From assembly GCA_041690495.1 (NCBI GenBank), contig JAWLHE010000007.1:50165-114164 (forward strand): DNA of 64,000 nt, read 5' to 3'. This DNA comes from Alphaproteobacteria bacterium (lineage in GTDB: Bacteria; Pseudomonadota; Alphaproteobacteria; CACIAM-22H2). The notes under the pieces are model-generated. The model was not told where the DNA came from, searched no databases, and worked only from the letters and a program-made list of their open reading frames with translations. The translations under genes and the position numbers were made by a program. Of this stretch, positions 1 to 11,011 are shown one piece after another (positions within the stretch are counted from its first letter, which is position 1; the number at the start of each line of letters is the position of its first letter).

Positions 1-1
1 G

Positions 2-1384
2 CTCGGCTATCCGGTGGCCTTCGCGTTGGCGGCAAACGGGCTGTTCTTCGGACTGATCGGTATCGAGCTCGGCCTGCTCGGGCCGCAGCTGATGCAGGCT
101 CTTCCGGAGCGCATTTTCGGGATCATGAGCAACGATACGCTGCTTGCGATTCCGTTTTTCACGTTCATGGGGCTGATCCTTGAGCGGAGCGGCATGGCCG
201 AGGACCTGCTCGATACGATCGGCCAGCTGTTCGGTCCCATGCGCGGCGGGCTCGCCTATGCAGTGATCTTCGTCGGCGCGCTCCTGGCCGCTACCACCGG
301 CGTGGTCGCCGCATCGGTCATCTCGATGGGCCTTATTTCGCTGCCCATCATGCTCCGCTATGGCTACCACCGCTCACTGGCGGCGGGCACGATTGCCGCG
401 TCCGGCACGCTTGCGCAGATCATCCCTCCCAGCCTCGTGCTGATCGTAATGGCCGACCAGCTTGGCCGCTCGGTCGGCGACATGTATGCCGGCGCCTTCG
501 TTCCGGGCATCGTGCTCGCAAGCATGTATGCAGGCTGGGTTCTGCTGCTCACGATCTTCAAGCCGAAATGGGCGCCCGCATTGCCGCCCGAGGCGCGCAC
601 ATTGCGCGGGTGGCGCCTGGTCTACCGTGTCGTGGTCTCGCTGATTCCGCCGCTCGTGCTGATCTTTCTGGTTCTCGGCACGATATTCATCGGCGTTGCC
701 ACGCCCACGGAAGGCGGCGCAATGGGTGCGACCGGCGCGCTGGTGCTGGCGCTGGTCAATCGGCGGCTGAGCTGGAGCCTGTTGCGTCAGGCGATGGACA
801 CGACCGCGAAGCTGTCGGCCTTCGTCATTTTCATTCTGATTGGCGCCACCGTGTTCGGCCTTGTCTTCCGCGGGGTGAACGGCGACCTGTGGGTCGAACA
901 TCTCCTGTTAGGCGTCCCGGGGGGGCAGTTCGGCTTCCTGATCGTCGTCAATGTCATGGTGTTCCTGCTCGCGTTCTTTCTCGACTTCTTCGAGCTGGCG
1001 TTCATCATCGTGCCGCTGCTCGGGCCGGTGGCTGACAAGCTGGGAATCGACCTGATCTGGTTCGGCGTGCTTCTGGCGGTGAACATGCAGACGTCGTTCA
1101 TGCACCCGCCGTTCGGATTCGCGCTGTTCTTCCTGCGCAGCGTGGCCCCGCGAACGGAGTATATCGACAAGATCACCGGAAAGTTGACCGCACCGGTCAC
1201 GACCGGCCAGATCTACTGGGGGGCCATCCCGTTCGTCGGAATCCAGATCATCATGGTCACCCTGGTGATCCTCTTCCCGGGAATGGTCCTCAGTTCGCTG
1301 GACGGCGGTCCGAAGGTCGATCCCTCGAAGATCCAGATCGATATCCCGACCTTCGAAGAGGCCCCGCCACCCGATTTCAAGTAA
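2..1384 (+). CDS. dctM: TRAP transporter large permease subunit (DctM family), 5' end truncated by window edge
   Basis: Open frame continues to base 2 with no upstream stop. Polytopic membrane protein with DctM-like motifs (GLILERSGMAEDLLD, many TM helices). Convergent with two DctP solute-binding genes. Confidence 0.85.
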   Translation, partial: LGYPVAFALAANGLFFGLIGIELGLLGPQLMQALPERIFGIMSNDTLLAIPFFTFMGLILERSGMAEDLLDTIGQLFGPMRGGLAYAVIFVGALLAATTGVVAASVISMGLISLPIMLRYGYHRSLAAGTIAASGTLAQIIPPSLVLIVMADQLGRSVGDMYAGAFVPGIVLASMYAGWVLLLTIFKPKWAPALPPEARTLRGWRLVYRVVVSLIPPLVLIFLVLGTIFIGVATPTEGGAMGATGALVLALVNRRLSWSLLRQAMDTTAKLSAFVIFILIGATVFGLVFRGVNGDLWVEHLLLGVPGGQFGFLIVVNVMVFLLAFFLDFFELAFIIVPLLGPVADKLGIDLIWFGVLLAVNMQTSFMHPPFGFALFFLRSVAPRTEYIDKITGKLTAPVTTGQIYWGAIPFVGIQIIMVTLVILFPGMVLSSLDGGPKVDPSKIQIDIPTFEEAPPPDFK

Positions 1385-1414
1385 AAAAGAACCCCGCGCG
1401 AGCGGGGTTCTTCG
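1385..1414. terminator. Bidirectional Rho-independent terminator between dctM and dctP
   Basis: GC stem gaaccccgc/gcggggttc with A-run on one side and T-run on the other, seen directly after the dctM stop (1382-1384). Reads as stem plus U-tract for the minus-strand dctP. Confidence 0.6.
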
Positions 1415-1436
1415 AAGTCTGTCCGTCGATTTGCCT

Positions 1437-2690
<1,254 letters not shown>

Positions 2691-2698
2691 TCAGGGCA

Positions 2699-2728
2699 CA
2701 AAAAAACCCCGCTTGCGCGGGGTTTTCG
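2699..2728 (-). terminator. Rho-independent terminator after second dctP paralog
   Basis: Stem aaaccccgc-ttgc-gcggggttt. On the minus strand it is followed by a T7 run, 27 nt downstream of the stop at 2755. Confidence 0.6.
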
Positions 2729-2754
2729 TGGCCGGTCGAGCCGACCGTCAGCGA

Positions 2755-3846
2755 TCAACGCTGCCGGGCCGACTGGCTATACACAAAGCTGTCGAACGGG
2801 TGCTCCGAGACGCGGAACCAGAGATATTCCTCGCTACGGACCTGTTTCCAGGCGTCATAGATCTTCTTGAACTTGGGATTCTGCGCCGCGATTTCGTCGT
2901 AAAGATCGAATGTGACCTTGTAGGTCGCTTCCATGATTTCGCGGGAGAAGGACCGCAGCTGCGTGCCGTTGGCAACCAGGCGCCGCAGAGCAGCGGGATT
3001 CTGGATGTCGTACTTCGCGAGCATCATGTTGTTGGCTTCAGCACACGCGGACTCGAAGATGGCCTGGTAGCTCTTAGGCAGCGACTCCCAGTGCTTCGAA
3101 TTCACGTACATCGAGAGCTGCGCGGAACCTTCCCACCAGCCCGGATAATAGTAGTACTTCGCGACCTTGTAGAAGCCGAGCTTCTCGTCGTCGTACGGTC
3201 CCACCCATTCGGCGGCGTCGATCGTGCCTTTCTCGAGCGCTGGATAGATGTCGCCGCCGGCGATCTGCTGCGGCACCGTGCCGAGCTTCGCCAGAATCTG
3301 GCCGGTGATGCCCGCAATCCGGAATTTGAGGCCTTTAAGGTCGTCGACGGTCTTGATCTCCTTGCGGAACCAGCCGCCCATCTGCGCGCCGGTGTTGCCG
3401 GCAGGAAACTGGACGATGTTGTAGTCCTTGAAGAACTCGCGGAAGAGGGCGATGCCGCCGCCCTGATACATCCACGCCATCTGCTGGCGCGTGTTCAGAC
3501 CATAGGGCACCGTTGTCTCGAACGCGAAGGTCGGGTCCTTCCCGACATAGTAGTAGCTCGCGGTATGTCCGCACTCGACGGTCTCCGCCTGGACGGCATC
3601 GAGGACCTGCAGGCCGGGAACGATCTCTCCGGCCGCGAAGACGCGGATCTGGAACTTGTTGTCCGTCGCGGCCGCGACCTTCTGGGCAACCAGCTCCGAC
3701 GCGCCGAAAATCGCGTCGAGGCTCTTGGGGAAGCTGGACGCGCAGCGCCACCGCACTTCCGGCTGTGACTGTGCGATTGCGGGGGCAGCGATCGTGCTGG
3801 TGGCGGCGGCTACGCCGGCCGTCTTCAGGAACTGACGACGTTTCAT
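2755..3846 (-). CDS. dctP: TRAP transporter substrate-binding protein (DctP family), tandem paralog, Tat signal
   Basis: [26 protein letters not shown] Tat signal. Highly similar to the 1437-2528 protein, with shared blocks such as [11 protein letters not shown] and [10 protein letters not shown]. Confidence 0.85.
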   Translation of the reverse strand: MKRRQFLKTAGVAAATSTIAAPAIAQSQPEVRWRCASSFPKSLDAIFGASELVAQKVAAATDNKFQIRVFAAGEIVPGLQVLDAVQAETVECGHTASYYYVGKDPTFAFETTVPYGLNTRQQMAWMYQGGGIALFREFFKDYNIVQFPAGNTGAQMGGWFRKEIKTVDDLKGLKFRIAGITGQILAKLGTVPQQIAGGDIYPALEKGTIDAAEWVGPYDDEKLGFYKVAKYYYYPGWWEGSAQLSMYVNSKHWESLPKSYQAIFESACAEANNMMLAKYDIQNPAALRRLVANGTQLRSFSREIMEATYKVTFDLYDEIAAQNPKFKKIYDAWKQVRSEEYLWFRVSEHPFDSFVYSQSARQR

Positions 3847-3998
3847 AGAGGCGGCTCTCCGTGATTAACCATAAACTAAACGCGGAACGCGGAAATGCGG
3901 ACGATGTTTTCGCATCGAATGGCGACAAATCTGCGGCCGAGCCTCACATAGCGGGTCCGCATACGCACGCGCAATCCTGGCGACAGCGTGGCAGGTAT

Positions 3999-4715
3999 TC
4001 AGATTTCGAGCGGCTTCCAGCCCTCGCGCGTCAGCGCCTCGAGCGGCTTGAATCGCGCCTTGTAGGCCATCTTGCGGCTGTTCTCGATCCAGTAGCCCAG
4101 ATAGACGTGGTCGATGCCGCCTGCGCGCGCCATGTCGATGAGGCGCAGGATCAGATAGCTGCCGAGGCTGCGGCGCGCTTCGCCCGGGTCGAAGAAGCTG
4201 TAGACCGCGGAGAGGCCTTTTGCCATGCGGTCGGTCAGACAGGCGCCGACGAGCCGGCCTTCGCGATTGCGCAGCTCGGCGACCAAGGCATCCATCGCGC
4301 CGACCTCGACCATGGTCTGGTAGTCGGACATGCTCATCCGGGCCATCTCGCCGTCGCCGTGGCGGGCCTGCTGGTACCGGCAGAATAGCGCGAACTGCTC
4401 CGGTGTCGCGCGCGCGGGAAGCTGGACAAATTCGAGATCCTCGTTTGCCGCGCGCACGCGGCGCCAGTGCCGCTGCTCTACAAATCGCGCGACCGGGATG
4501 CGGACGGGTACGCAGGCATTGCAGCCGGGGCACGCAGGCCGATAGGCAAAGCCGAGGCTGCGACGAAAGCCGGCTTCGGACAGCAGCTCGTAGCTGAATG
4601 CTGCGTTCGGCCCGCACAAATCGGCAAAGATCCGCCGCTCGATCCGGCCCGGTATGTAGGGGCAGGGCGCCGGTGCCGAATAGTAAAAGCGGGCGGTCTG
4701 GGCGGGTATGGTCAT
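3999..4715 (-). CDS. bpt: Aspartate/glutamate leucyltransferase (arginyl-tRNA-protein transferase ATE1 homologue, Bpt)
   Basis: About 238 aa with a CPYIPG...CPGCNAC cysteine cluster near the N-terminus and an ATE-N/ATE-C-like layout typical of bacterial Bpt. Confidence 0.75.
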   Translation of the reverse strand: MTIPAQTARFYYSAPAPCPYIPGRIERRIFADLCGPNAAFSYELLSEAGFRRSLGFAYRPACPGCNACVPVRIPVARFVEQRHWRRVRAANEDLEFVQLPARATPEQFALFCRYQQARHGDGEMARMSMSDYQTMVEVGAMDALVAELRNREGRLVGACLTDRMAKGLSAVYSFFDPGEARRSLGSYLILRLIDMARAGGIDHVYLGYWIENSRKMAYKARFKPLEALTREGWKPLEI

Positions 4716-5299
4716 CGCGGTGCGCGCGCCTCGCGGGGGGGCGTATCCTCATCCTCGCTTGCATATCGGCGTACGACGATCATGCCAGACAGCCAGTCAT
4801 GAAACGTGCGGCGGAGCGGACTGAGAAAGACGACAAGCAGGAGCAGGCCGGACGTCAGCGCCAGCGTGACGTAGAACAGGACGGCCTGGACGGCCGCCTG
4901 GGTATAGGACGCGCGTGCCCCGGTGGCGTCGAGCACCTGGAGACCGAACAGGCGCTGCCCCCAAGTAGACGACTTCGGGCCGCCGACGAGCAAGGCGTGG
5001 TATGCGACCGGAATGACGGCGATCAGGAGCGCGAGCGGCGAGGCGAGCAATCCGAAGCTGATCAGCACGGCCGGAAGGAACAGGATCTTCGCCGTCAGCA
5101 AGAGGAAGCCGATCGCGCATGCATCGACCAGATAAGCCGCCACGCGCCGCCATACGACACCACGCAGCAGGGAAGCGGGGATCGGCTGTTCGACCCCGGC
5201 ATTCATGAATTCCGCAAAGGGCGTCGGCACCGTGTCAGCCACCTCGTCGAACCTCGTGTAGCGCGCCGGACCGCGCCGTGACGAGCCTAGGACAGCCAT
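4712..5299 (-). CDS. RDD family membrane protein
   Basis: Small protein with 3 predicted TM helices and an RDD-like N-terminal segment. Its stop overlaps the bpt start by 4 nt (ATGA). Confidence 0.55.
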   Translation of the reverse strand: MAVLGSSRRGPARYTRFDEVADTVPTPFAEFMNAGVEQPIPASLLRGVVWRRVAAYLVDACAIGFLLLTAKILFLPAVLISFGLLASPLALLIAVIPVAYHALLVGGPKSSTWGQRLFGLQVLDATGARASYTQAAVQAVLFYVTLALTSGLLLLVVFLSPLRRTFHDWLSGMIVVRRYASEDEDTPPREARAPR

Positions 5300-5382
5300 T
5301 CCGGTGCCGCAAGCACGGGGGCGGCGGCGAAAGAGGGGTAGCGTGACCGGTCAGCCGCACGCGCGCTGACCGTGCCGGGCTG

Positions 5383-6351
5383 TCAGTTCTGCCCGGTGGC
5401 GGGCGCCTCGCGCAGAAGGACGATGCTGATGCGCCGGTTGCGCGGGTCCGTGGGATCGTCGGCGAAGAGGGGTTCCTGGTCGGCCTTGCCGACGACGCGG
5501 CTGATGCGCTCGCCGCGGACGCCGGCCTCGAGCAGACCGCGGCGGCTCGAGTTGGCGCGGTCAGTCGACAGCTCCCAGTTGTCATATGCGCGGCTGCCCT
5601 GGGCATAGGGCGTGGCATCCGTGTGGCCGGTGACGGCGATCTTGTTAGGCAGGCGTTGCACGGCTTTCGCCACCAGTGCAAGAAGCTGGCGCGTATGGTC
5701 GTATGGCGCAGCGGACCCCAGCGGAAACATGGCGACACGGCCCTGGTCGACGATCTGGATGCGCATTCCTTCCGGCGTGCGGTCGATGATCAGGTTCTGC
5801 GCAAGCTCGCGCAGCTCCGGAATATCCTGGATGGCCTGGCGAAGGTCATGCTCCGCCCTGGCGAACTCCTCCTCCTCGCGTTTCGCCAATGCCTTCTGGA
5901 CGTCCTCCTCCGTGACTTCCTTCTTTGCGGTTTCGGCCGGCGGGGACTGCTTGTCTGCTTCGGCCTCACCGGCGTTCTTCTCGCTCAGCCCTTCATCCCG
6001 AGACTCGTTATCCGTCTCCTCGGAATCCTCTTGCGCGGGGTCCTGCGGAATGCCCATGACCACGCCGCCGGTTACCTTCGCCATTTGGCCCTCGGCGAGG
6101 ACGGTGCCGCCGAGGATCGCGCCGCTGCCGCTGTTGGCACGCGACACGCTCTCGGGCGTGAAATACTGGGCAATGCCTTCCTTCTGCTCCTCCGTCGTGA
6201 CGTTCAGGAGCCAAAGCAGCAGGAAGAACGCCATCATCGCCGTTACGAAATCGGCATACGCGACTTTCCAGGCACCGCCATGATGGGGGTGCTCGCCGTG
6301 CTTCTTCTTACGGATGATGATGACGGGCTGATTGCTCTTCTCGACGGCCAT
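5383..6351 (-). CDS. motB: Flagellar motor stator protein MotB (OmpA-like C-terminal domain)
   Basis: N-terminal single TM after a basic stretch, acidic linker, and an OmpA/MotB peptidoglycan-binding C-terminus (TGHTDATPY...NWELSTDRA...NRRISI). Confidence 0.85.
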   Translation of the reverse strand: MAVEKSNQPVIIIRKKKHGEHPHHGGAWKVAYADFVTAMMAFFLLLWLLNVTTEEQKEGIAQYFTPESVSRANSGSGAILGGTVLAEGQMAKVTGGVVMGIPQDPAQEDSEETDNESRDEGLSEKNAGEAEADKQSPPAETAKKEVTEEDVQKALAKREEEEFARAEHDLRQAIQDIPELRELAQNLIIDRTPEGMRIQIVDQGRVAMFPLGSAAPYDHTRQLLALVAKAVQRLPNKIAVTGHTDATPYAQGSRAYDNWELSTDRANSSRRGLLEAGVRGERISRVVGKADQEPLFADDPTDPRNRRISIVLLREAPATGQN

Positions 6352-6371
6352 CGGCTAGCTCCCGCGCCTCG

Positions 6372-7232
6372 CTAGACCGGCGGAAGCGCGGCGACGGCCT
6401 CTTCGACTTCGTAGAATGTCGGCCGTACGTTCGAAAGGAGCGCCTTGCGCGCGAACTCGACCGCTACGGCCGGCGCATAGCCCTGCAGGTAAGCAAGCAG
6501 GCCCGCCTTGATGCAGAGAAGGTACTTGACCTCGGCATCGTAGCGCGCCTTGAGCGCGCTCGAGATCGGACCGACGAAGCCATAGGACAGGAAGACGCCG
6601 AGAAACGTGCCGACCAGCGCCGCGCCGATCAGCTTCCCGAGCACTTCGGGCGGCTCGCTGATGGCTCCCATGGTCTTGATGACGCCGAGCACCGCCGCGA
6701 CGATGCCGAGCGCGGGCATGCCATCGGCCATGGTCTGCAGCGCCGATGCGACCTGGCTCTTCTCGGAATGATGGGTTTCGATCTCCTCGTCGATCAGCGC
6801 TTCCATCTCGTGCGCATTGTCGGTGCCGAGCGTCAGCAGGCGGAGATAGTCGCAGAGAAACGTCATCGCATAATGGTCGGACGCGAATATCGGAAACTTT
6901 GGCCACAACGTGCTCTCGTCGGGCTTCTCGACATGCTGCTCGAGCGCCAGCATCCCCTTGGACTTGGCGAGCTTGAACACCGTGTAGAGAAGGGAGAGCA
7001 GTTCCAGATAAGCCTCTTTCGAATAGGGCGATCCCTTCAGCAACTGGCCCATCGCCCCGCCGACGCGCTTGATGACCGGCAACGGTGTGGCAATGATGAA
7101 TGCGCCGACCGCGGCGCCGCCGATAATCACAAGCTCGAACGGCTGCATCAGGACGGCGAGCTTGCCGCCCATCGCCATATAGCCGCCAATGACGCAGACG
7201 AACGTCGTCGCCGCACCGACCAGGAACAACAT
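6372..7232 (-). CDS. motA: Flagellar motor stator protein MotA
   Basis: Four-TM MotA/TolQ/ExbB-family protein immediately upstream of motB in the same orientation. Confidence 0.85.
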   Translation of the reverse strand: MLFLVGAATTFVCVIGGYMAMGGKLAVLMQPFELVIIGGAAVGAFIIATPLPVIKRVGGAMGQLLKGSPYSKEAYLELLSLLYTVFKLAKSKGMLALEQHVEKPDESTLWPKFPIFASDHYAMTFLCDYLRLLTLGTDNAHEMEALIDEEIETHHSEKSQVASALQTMADGMPALGIVAAVLGVIKTMGAISEPPEVLGKLIGAALVGTFLGVFLSYGFVGPISSALKARYDAEVKYLLCIKAGLLAYLQGYAPAVAVEFARKALLSNVRPTFYEVEEAVAALPPV

Positions 7233-7341
7233 AAGCTAGTGCCTCGCCAATCCGTGCGCGCTGCACGCACGGGCGAAACACGATGAGCGGATCAGGTTAA
7301 GATCCGGTTTATCAATCAAAACCGCCAGTTGTACCGGGACG

Positions 7342-8571
7342 TTAAGGCCGGTCCGCGGCCGTGTTGCCGAGCAGCCGCACGCGGATACCCGACTGCTGGA
7401 TCCGGTCGATGATCTCGTCGAGATGCGCCTTGTTGCGGGTCTCGAGCACGATATCAAGATCGGCGCGCGTCACCGGCACGTCCTGGAACAGACGCTGGTG
7501 GTAGATCTCGATCACGTTTCCGCCGGCGTCGGCGATGGCATTTGCGACACGGGCGAGCATGCCGGGCGTGTCGGTGATCTCGACGCGGAGCTTCGCTATG
7601 CGTCCGTCCCGGGAGAGGCCTCTCATGAGAATGGAGGCAAGAAGGCGCGCGTCGATGTTGCCGCCGGAAACAATCAGGCCCACCCGCTTGCCGCGGAAAC
7701 GGTCCGGCTCGGCCAGCAACGCCGCGAGCGCCGCGGCACCGGCACCCTCGGCCGTCACCTTTGCCTCCGTCAGCGTCAGGTTGACCGCGCGCTCCAGCGT
7801 CGGCTCTGCGACGGTGACCATTTCATCGACGTAGCGCCTGACCAGGGCGCGGGTCAGCGCTCCGGGCTCCTTGACGGCAATGCCCTCTGCGATCGTCGAG
7901 CCTCCGCCCGCGGACACTGCGCCTCGCTCCAGATATGCAGCCATGGAGGGGTAAAGCGCCGCCTGGACGCCGATGACTTTCAGCGCATGGTTGATCGCCT
8001 TCGCCGCGATGCCGCAGCCGGAGATCAGGCCGCCGCCGCCGACCGGGACGACCAGCATGTCGAGGTCCGGTGCCGCGGCGAGCATCTCGAGTGCAACCGT
8101 GCCCTGGCCGGCGATTACGAGCGGATCGTCATAAGGATGGATGAAGATCAGAGACTCGGTGCGCGCGTGCGCCTCGGCGAAGGCGGCCGCCTCCGATAAT
8201 GTCTCGCCCTCGAGCATGACTCTCGCGCCGAGGGCGCTGGTCCGGTCGACCTTGGTGAACGGCGTTCCCTTGGGCATCACGATCGTTGCGGGAATGCCGA
8301 GGCGCTGGCAGTGATATGCGACCCCCTGGGCGTGATTGCCGGCGGACATGGCTATGACGCCGCGCTCTCGCGCGCCCTTGTCGAGGCTCAGCAGCTTGAA
8401 CAGCGCGCCGCGGACTTTGAACGAGCCGGTGTGCTGGAGGTTCTCGAGTTTGAGGACGATGTCCGCGCCGGTGAGGGCCGAGAGCCGCGGCGATGGAACG
8501 GTCGGCGTGGAAATCACCGCGCCGGCGATCTGCGCTGCGGCTTTCCGGATCAGGTCGAGTGAGATGTCCAT
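7342..8571 (-). CDS. ilvA: Threonine ammonia-lyase (threonine dehydratase) with C-terminal ACT-like regulatory domain
   Basis: PLP-lysine motif SFKVRGA, glycine-rich loop GGGGL, and fold-type II PLP enzyme pattern. About 100 aa C-terminal regulatory domain. Confidence 0.8.
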   Translation of the reverse strand: MDISLDLIRKAAAQIAGAVISTPTVPSPRLSALTGADIVLKLENLQHTGSFKVRGALFKLLSLDKGARERGVIAMSAGNHAQGVAYHCQRLGIPATIVMPKGTPFTKVDRTSALGARVMLEGETLSEAAAFAEAHARTESLIFIHPYDDPLVIAGQGTVALEMLAAAPDLDMLVVPVGGGGLISGCGIAAKAINHALKVIGVQAALYPSMAAYLERGAVSAGGGSTIAEGIAVKEPGALTRALVRRYVDEMVTVAEPTLERAVNLTLTEAKVTAEGAGAAALAALLAEPDRFRGKRVGLIVSGGNIDARLLASILMRGLSRDGRIAKLRVEITDTPGMLARVANAIADAGGNVIEIYHQRLFQDVPVTRADLDIVLETRNKAHLDEIIDRIQQSGIRVRLLGNTAADRP

Positions 8572-8572
8572 A

Positions 8573-10987
8573 TCAGTGCGGCGCGAGTATCAGGACCGAT
8601 CCGGCCGATTGCAAGCGGGTGCGGTCGCCGGAGATGGCGAAGTGCAGACCGTCCGCCCATTCCTGCGCGAGATCGCCCCAGTGGCGCGACAGCGGATTGC
8701 CCGATTGGCCGGGCGCAATCATGAACTCGGACCTGTCGAGATCGGCGAGGTCGTAGATCGCCCGCAGGCTCGCGCCGTGGGTATGCGGAAATGCGATGTC
8801 GCGGACGCTGCTGAGGCCGGCACCGCGATTGACGGTAAAGTAATCGCCGTCGGTCGGCACCCGGAAACCGACGAGGTCGCGCATCATCCAGATCCGATCA
8901 AAGACGCCGTGCCGGAACGGTGCGTAGTGCGCATCGCCCCAGCGCCAGCGCGTCATCTCGCGGCCGTACGTGCTCGCGAGATCGTCGAGCGATCTCGCCA
9001 GAGCGCTCGCGATCCGGCCTGCGCAATCTTCGCGACCGGCGGTGCGTACGTCGTCGCAGAACGGCGAGTCTCCGGCAAGCGCCGACCCGATCAGGGCGGG
9101 GTACTCGCCGAGCAACTCATCGGCCTGCTCGCCGAGCTCGTCGGCGATGAGGCTGTAGGTCAGCTCGCGAATCCAGCTGTTGAAGATGAGCGGCTCGGGC
9201 CGGTCGCGATCCATCGCGCCGTCCCATTGACGCAGCATCTCCTGGGCACGGCGGGCGTCGTCGTTGATCGGTGCCACGGCGAGCAGTCGTGGCAACAGCT
9301 CGCGCGCGTATAGCGAGACGGAATCGTGCAAGATCGCTGCCATGCTTCCGGCATCGTGCATGGGCCGCGCATCGATAAGATCGACGATGCGGCGTGCGCG
9401 GAACGGCGAATCCCAGTCGCGGCTGATGAAGTCGGGGAAGTCGTCCGGCACGATCCGGTTATTTGCATTGACGAGCCGCCCCTCGGACGGGTTCAGCGCG
9501 TGCGGCAGCGCCTCGAAAGGCACGAAACCGTCCCAGTCGTATTCACCGGTCCAGCCCGGATGCGGCATCCAGCCGTCTCCGGCTTTTCGGCGTGGCACGA
9601 GGGCAGGGCTGTAGATGCCGATCTGCCCTTCCGTATCGGCGTAGACGATATTCTGCATCGGCGCGTGCCAGTCGCGCAGCGCAGCGACGAAGCTGCCCCA
9701 GTCCGTCGCCCGGTTGAGCGCGAAGAGCGCGGCCGGCGTCCGGTCCGTGACATGAAACGCGGGTGCCGCTAGTGCCAGCACGTGATCGGGCGGCGCCGCC
9801 GCGCGCGCTGCAACAGTGAGATCGGACAGGACCGGCCCGTGGCGTGTCGACCGGGATGTGACGATTGCATCGTCCTGTCCCTTGACCTTGATCGTGTCGT
9901 GCCGCGTCGTGAACGGGTGCGATCCGTCGGGCGTCAGATAGCGGCTCGGATTGCCGGGATCGAGCCGCTCTACATAGATATCCCATGTGTCCGCGTTGGT
10001 CGTGGTGAAGCCCCAGGCAATGCGCCCGTTATGGCCCAGGATGACGGCTGGCACGCCCGGTGCGGTCGCGCCCACGAGCGTCAGGCCGGGGCTTTCGATG
10101 CGGGCCAGATACCATTGGCCCGGCGCGCGGAGGCCCAGATGTGGATCGTTGGCCAGAAGCGGCCGGCCAGTGGCGGTCCTCGACCCGGCGAGCGCCCATT
10201 CGTTCGAGGCCTGCGACGGGCCGAGCGGCGGTGGGAGCGCCTCGGCCAGACTACCGAGATCGAGTTGGCGGTAGAGCCCGACATACTTCAGCGTCGTTGC
10301 GTCGTCGGCAGGCCAATTGGGCCAGAGCTGCGCCAGCATTTCGGGAGGCAAACGGGTCGCCAGGCGCGCACGGGCGAGCTCGCCACGCCAGTTCCCGGAG
10401 AGCTGCAGCGCCATCAACTTGCCCCAGAGCAGGGAATCGCGCGGCTGCCACGGCTCCGGCGTGCGGCCGAGAATGGCGAACTCGGGCGGCCAGGCGCCGG
10501 AATGCCCGGCCAGGAATGCGTTCACCCCGGCGGAATATGCGTCCAGCAGCTCCCGCCATCTTGGCTCCAGCACCGCGAGCGTTGCGTCGGCACGACCCAC
10601 CAGATCCAGTGCGCGCATGAAGCGATCCTGATCGATCGTCGGCGGGCCGATCACCTCCGACAACCGACCCTGCGCGAGAAGGCGCGTGAAGTCCATCTGG
10701 AAGAGCCGGTCTTGTGCATGCACGAAGCCGAGCGCGTACATCGCATCGGACTCGCTTACTGCGAAGATGCTCGGGACGCCGCGCGCGTCACGGATGACCT
10801 CGACAGGCGCGGTGATCCCCTGCACCACGATCCGCCCGTTCGCGGTCGGCAGCGATGTGCGCAACCAGGCATACGCGCCGCCGGCAGCAATAGAGATAGC
10901 GACGAGCAGGGCGAGCGCAATCCGTGCAAACACGCGTCGCCTGCTCTTGCCGCGACGTCGCCGGCGAAAGAGGGATCTGGCGGCCAA
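8573..10987 (-). CDS. Penicillin acylase family protein (Ntn-hydrolase S45; possible acyl-homoserine-lactone acylase)
   Basis: 804 aa with an N-terminal signal/TM, S45 penicillin-amidase blocks (FAVSESDAMYALGFVHAQDRLFQMD) and a conserved internal SNEWA Ser nucleophile context. Confidence 0.8.
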   Translation of the reverse strand: MAARSLFRRRRRGKSRRRVFARIALALLVAISIAAGGAYAWLRTSLPTANGRIVVQGITAPVEVIRDARGVPSIFAVSESDAMYALGFVHAQDRLFQMDFTRLLAQGRLSEVIGPPTIDQDRFMRALDLVGRADATLAVLEPRWRELLDAYSAGVNAFLAGHSGAWPPEFAILGRTPEPWQPRDSLLWGKLMALQLSGNWRGELARARLATRLPPEMLAQLWPNWPADDATTLKYVGLYRQLDLGSLAEALPPPLGPSQASNEWALAGSRTATGRPLLANDPHLGLRAPGQWYLARIESPGLTLVGATAPGVPAVILGHNGRIAWGFTTTNADTWDIYVERLDPGNPSRYLTPDGSHPFTTRHDTIKVKGQDDAIVTSRSTRHGPVLSDLTVAARAAAPPDHVLALAAPAFHVTDRTPAALFALNRATDWGSFVAALRDWHAPMQNIVYADTEGQIGIYSPALVPRRKAGDGWMPHPGWTGEYDWDGFVPFEALPHALNPSEGRLVNANNRIVPDDFPDFISRDWDSPFRARRIVDLIDARPMHDAGSMAAILHDSVSLYARELLPRLLAVAPINDDARRAQEMLRQWDGAMDRDRPEPLIFNSWIRELTYSLIADELGEQADELLGEYPALIGSALAGDSPFCDDVRTAGREDCAGRIASALARSLDDLASTYGREMTRWRWGDAHYAPFRHGVFDRIWMMRDLVGFRVPTDGDYFTVNRGAGLSSVRDIAFPHTHGASLRAIYDLADLDRSEFMIAPGQSGNPLSRHWGDLAQEWADGLHFAISGDRTRLQSAGSVLILAPH

Positions 10988-11011
10988 GGCCGTACGAAGC
11001 CCCGTGCCCGA

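Noticed and set aside
3861-4388. 175-aa plus-strand ORF
   Set aside because: It is antisense to the well-supported bpt gene, with no independent support.
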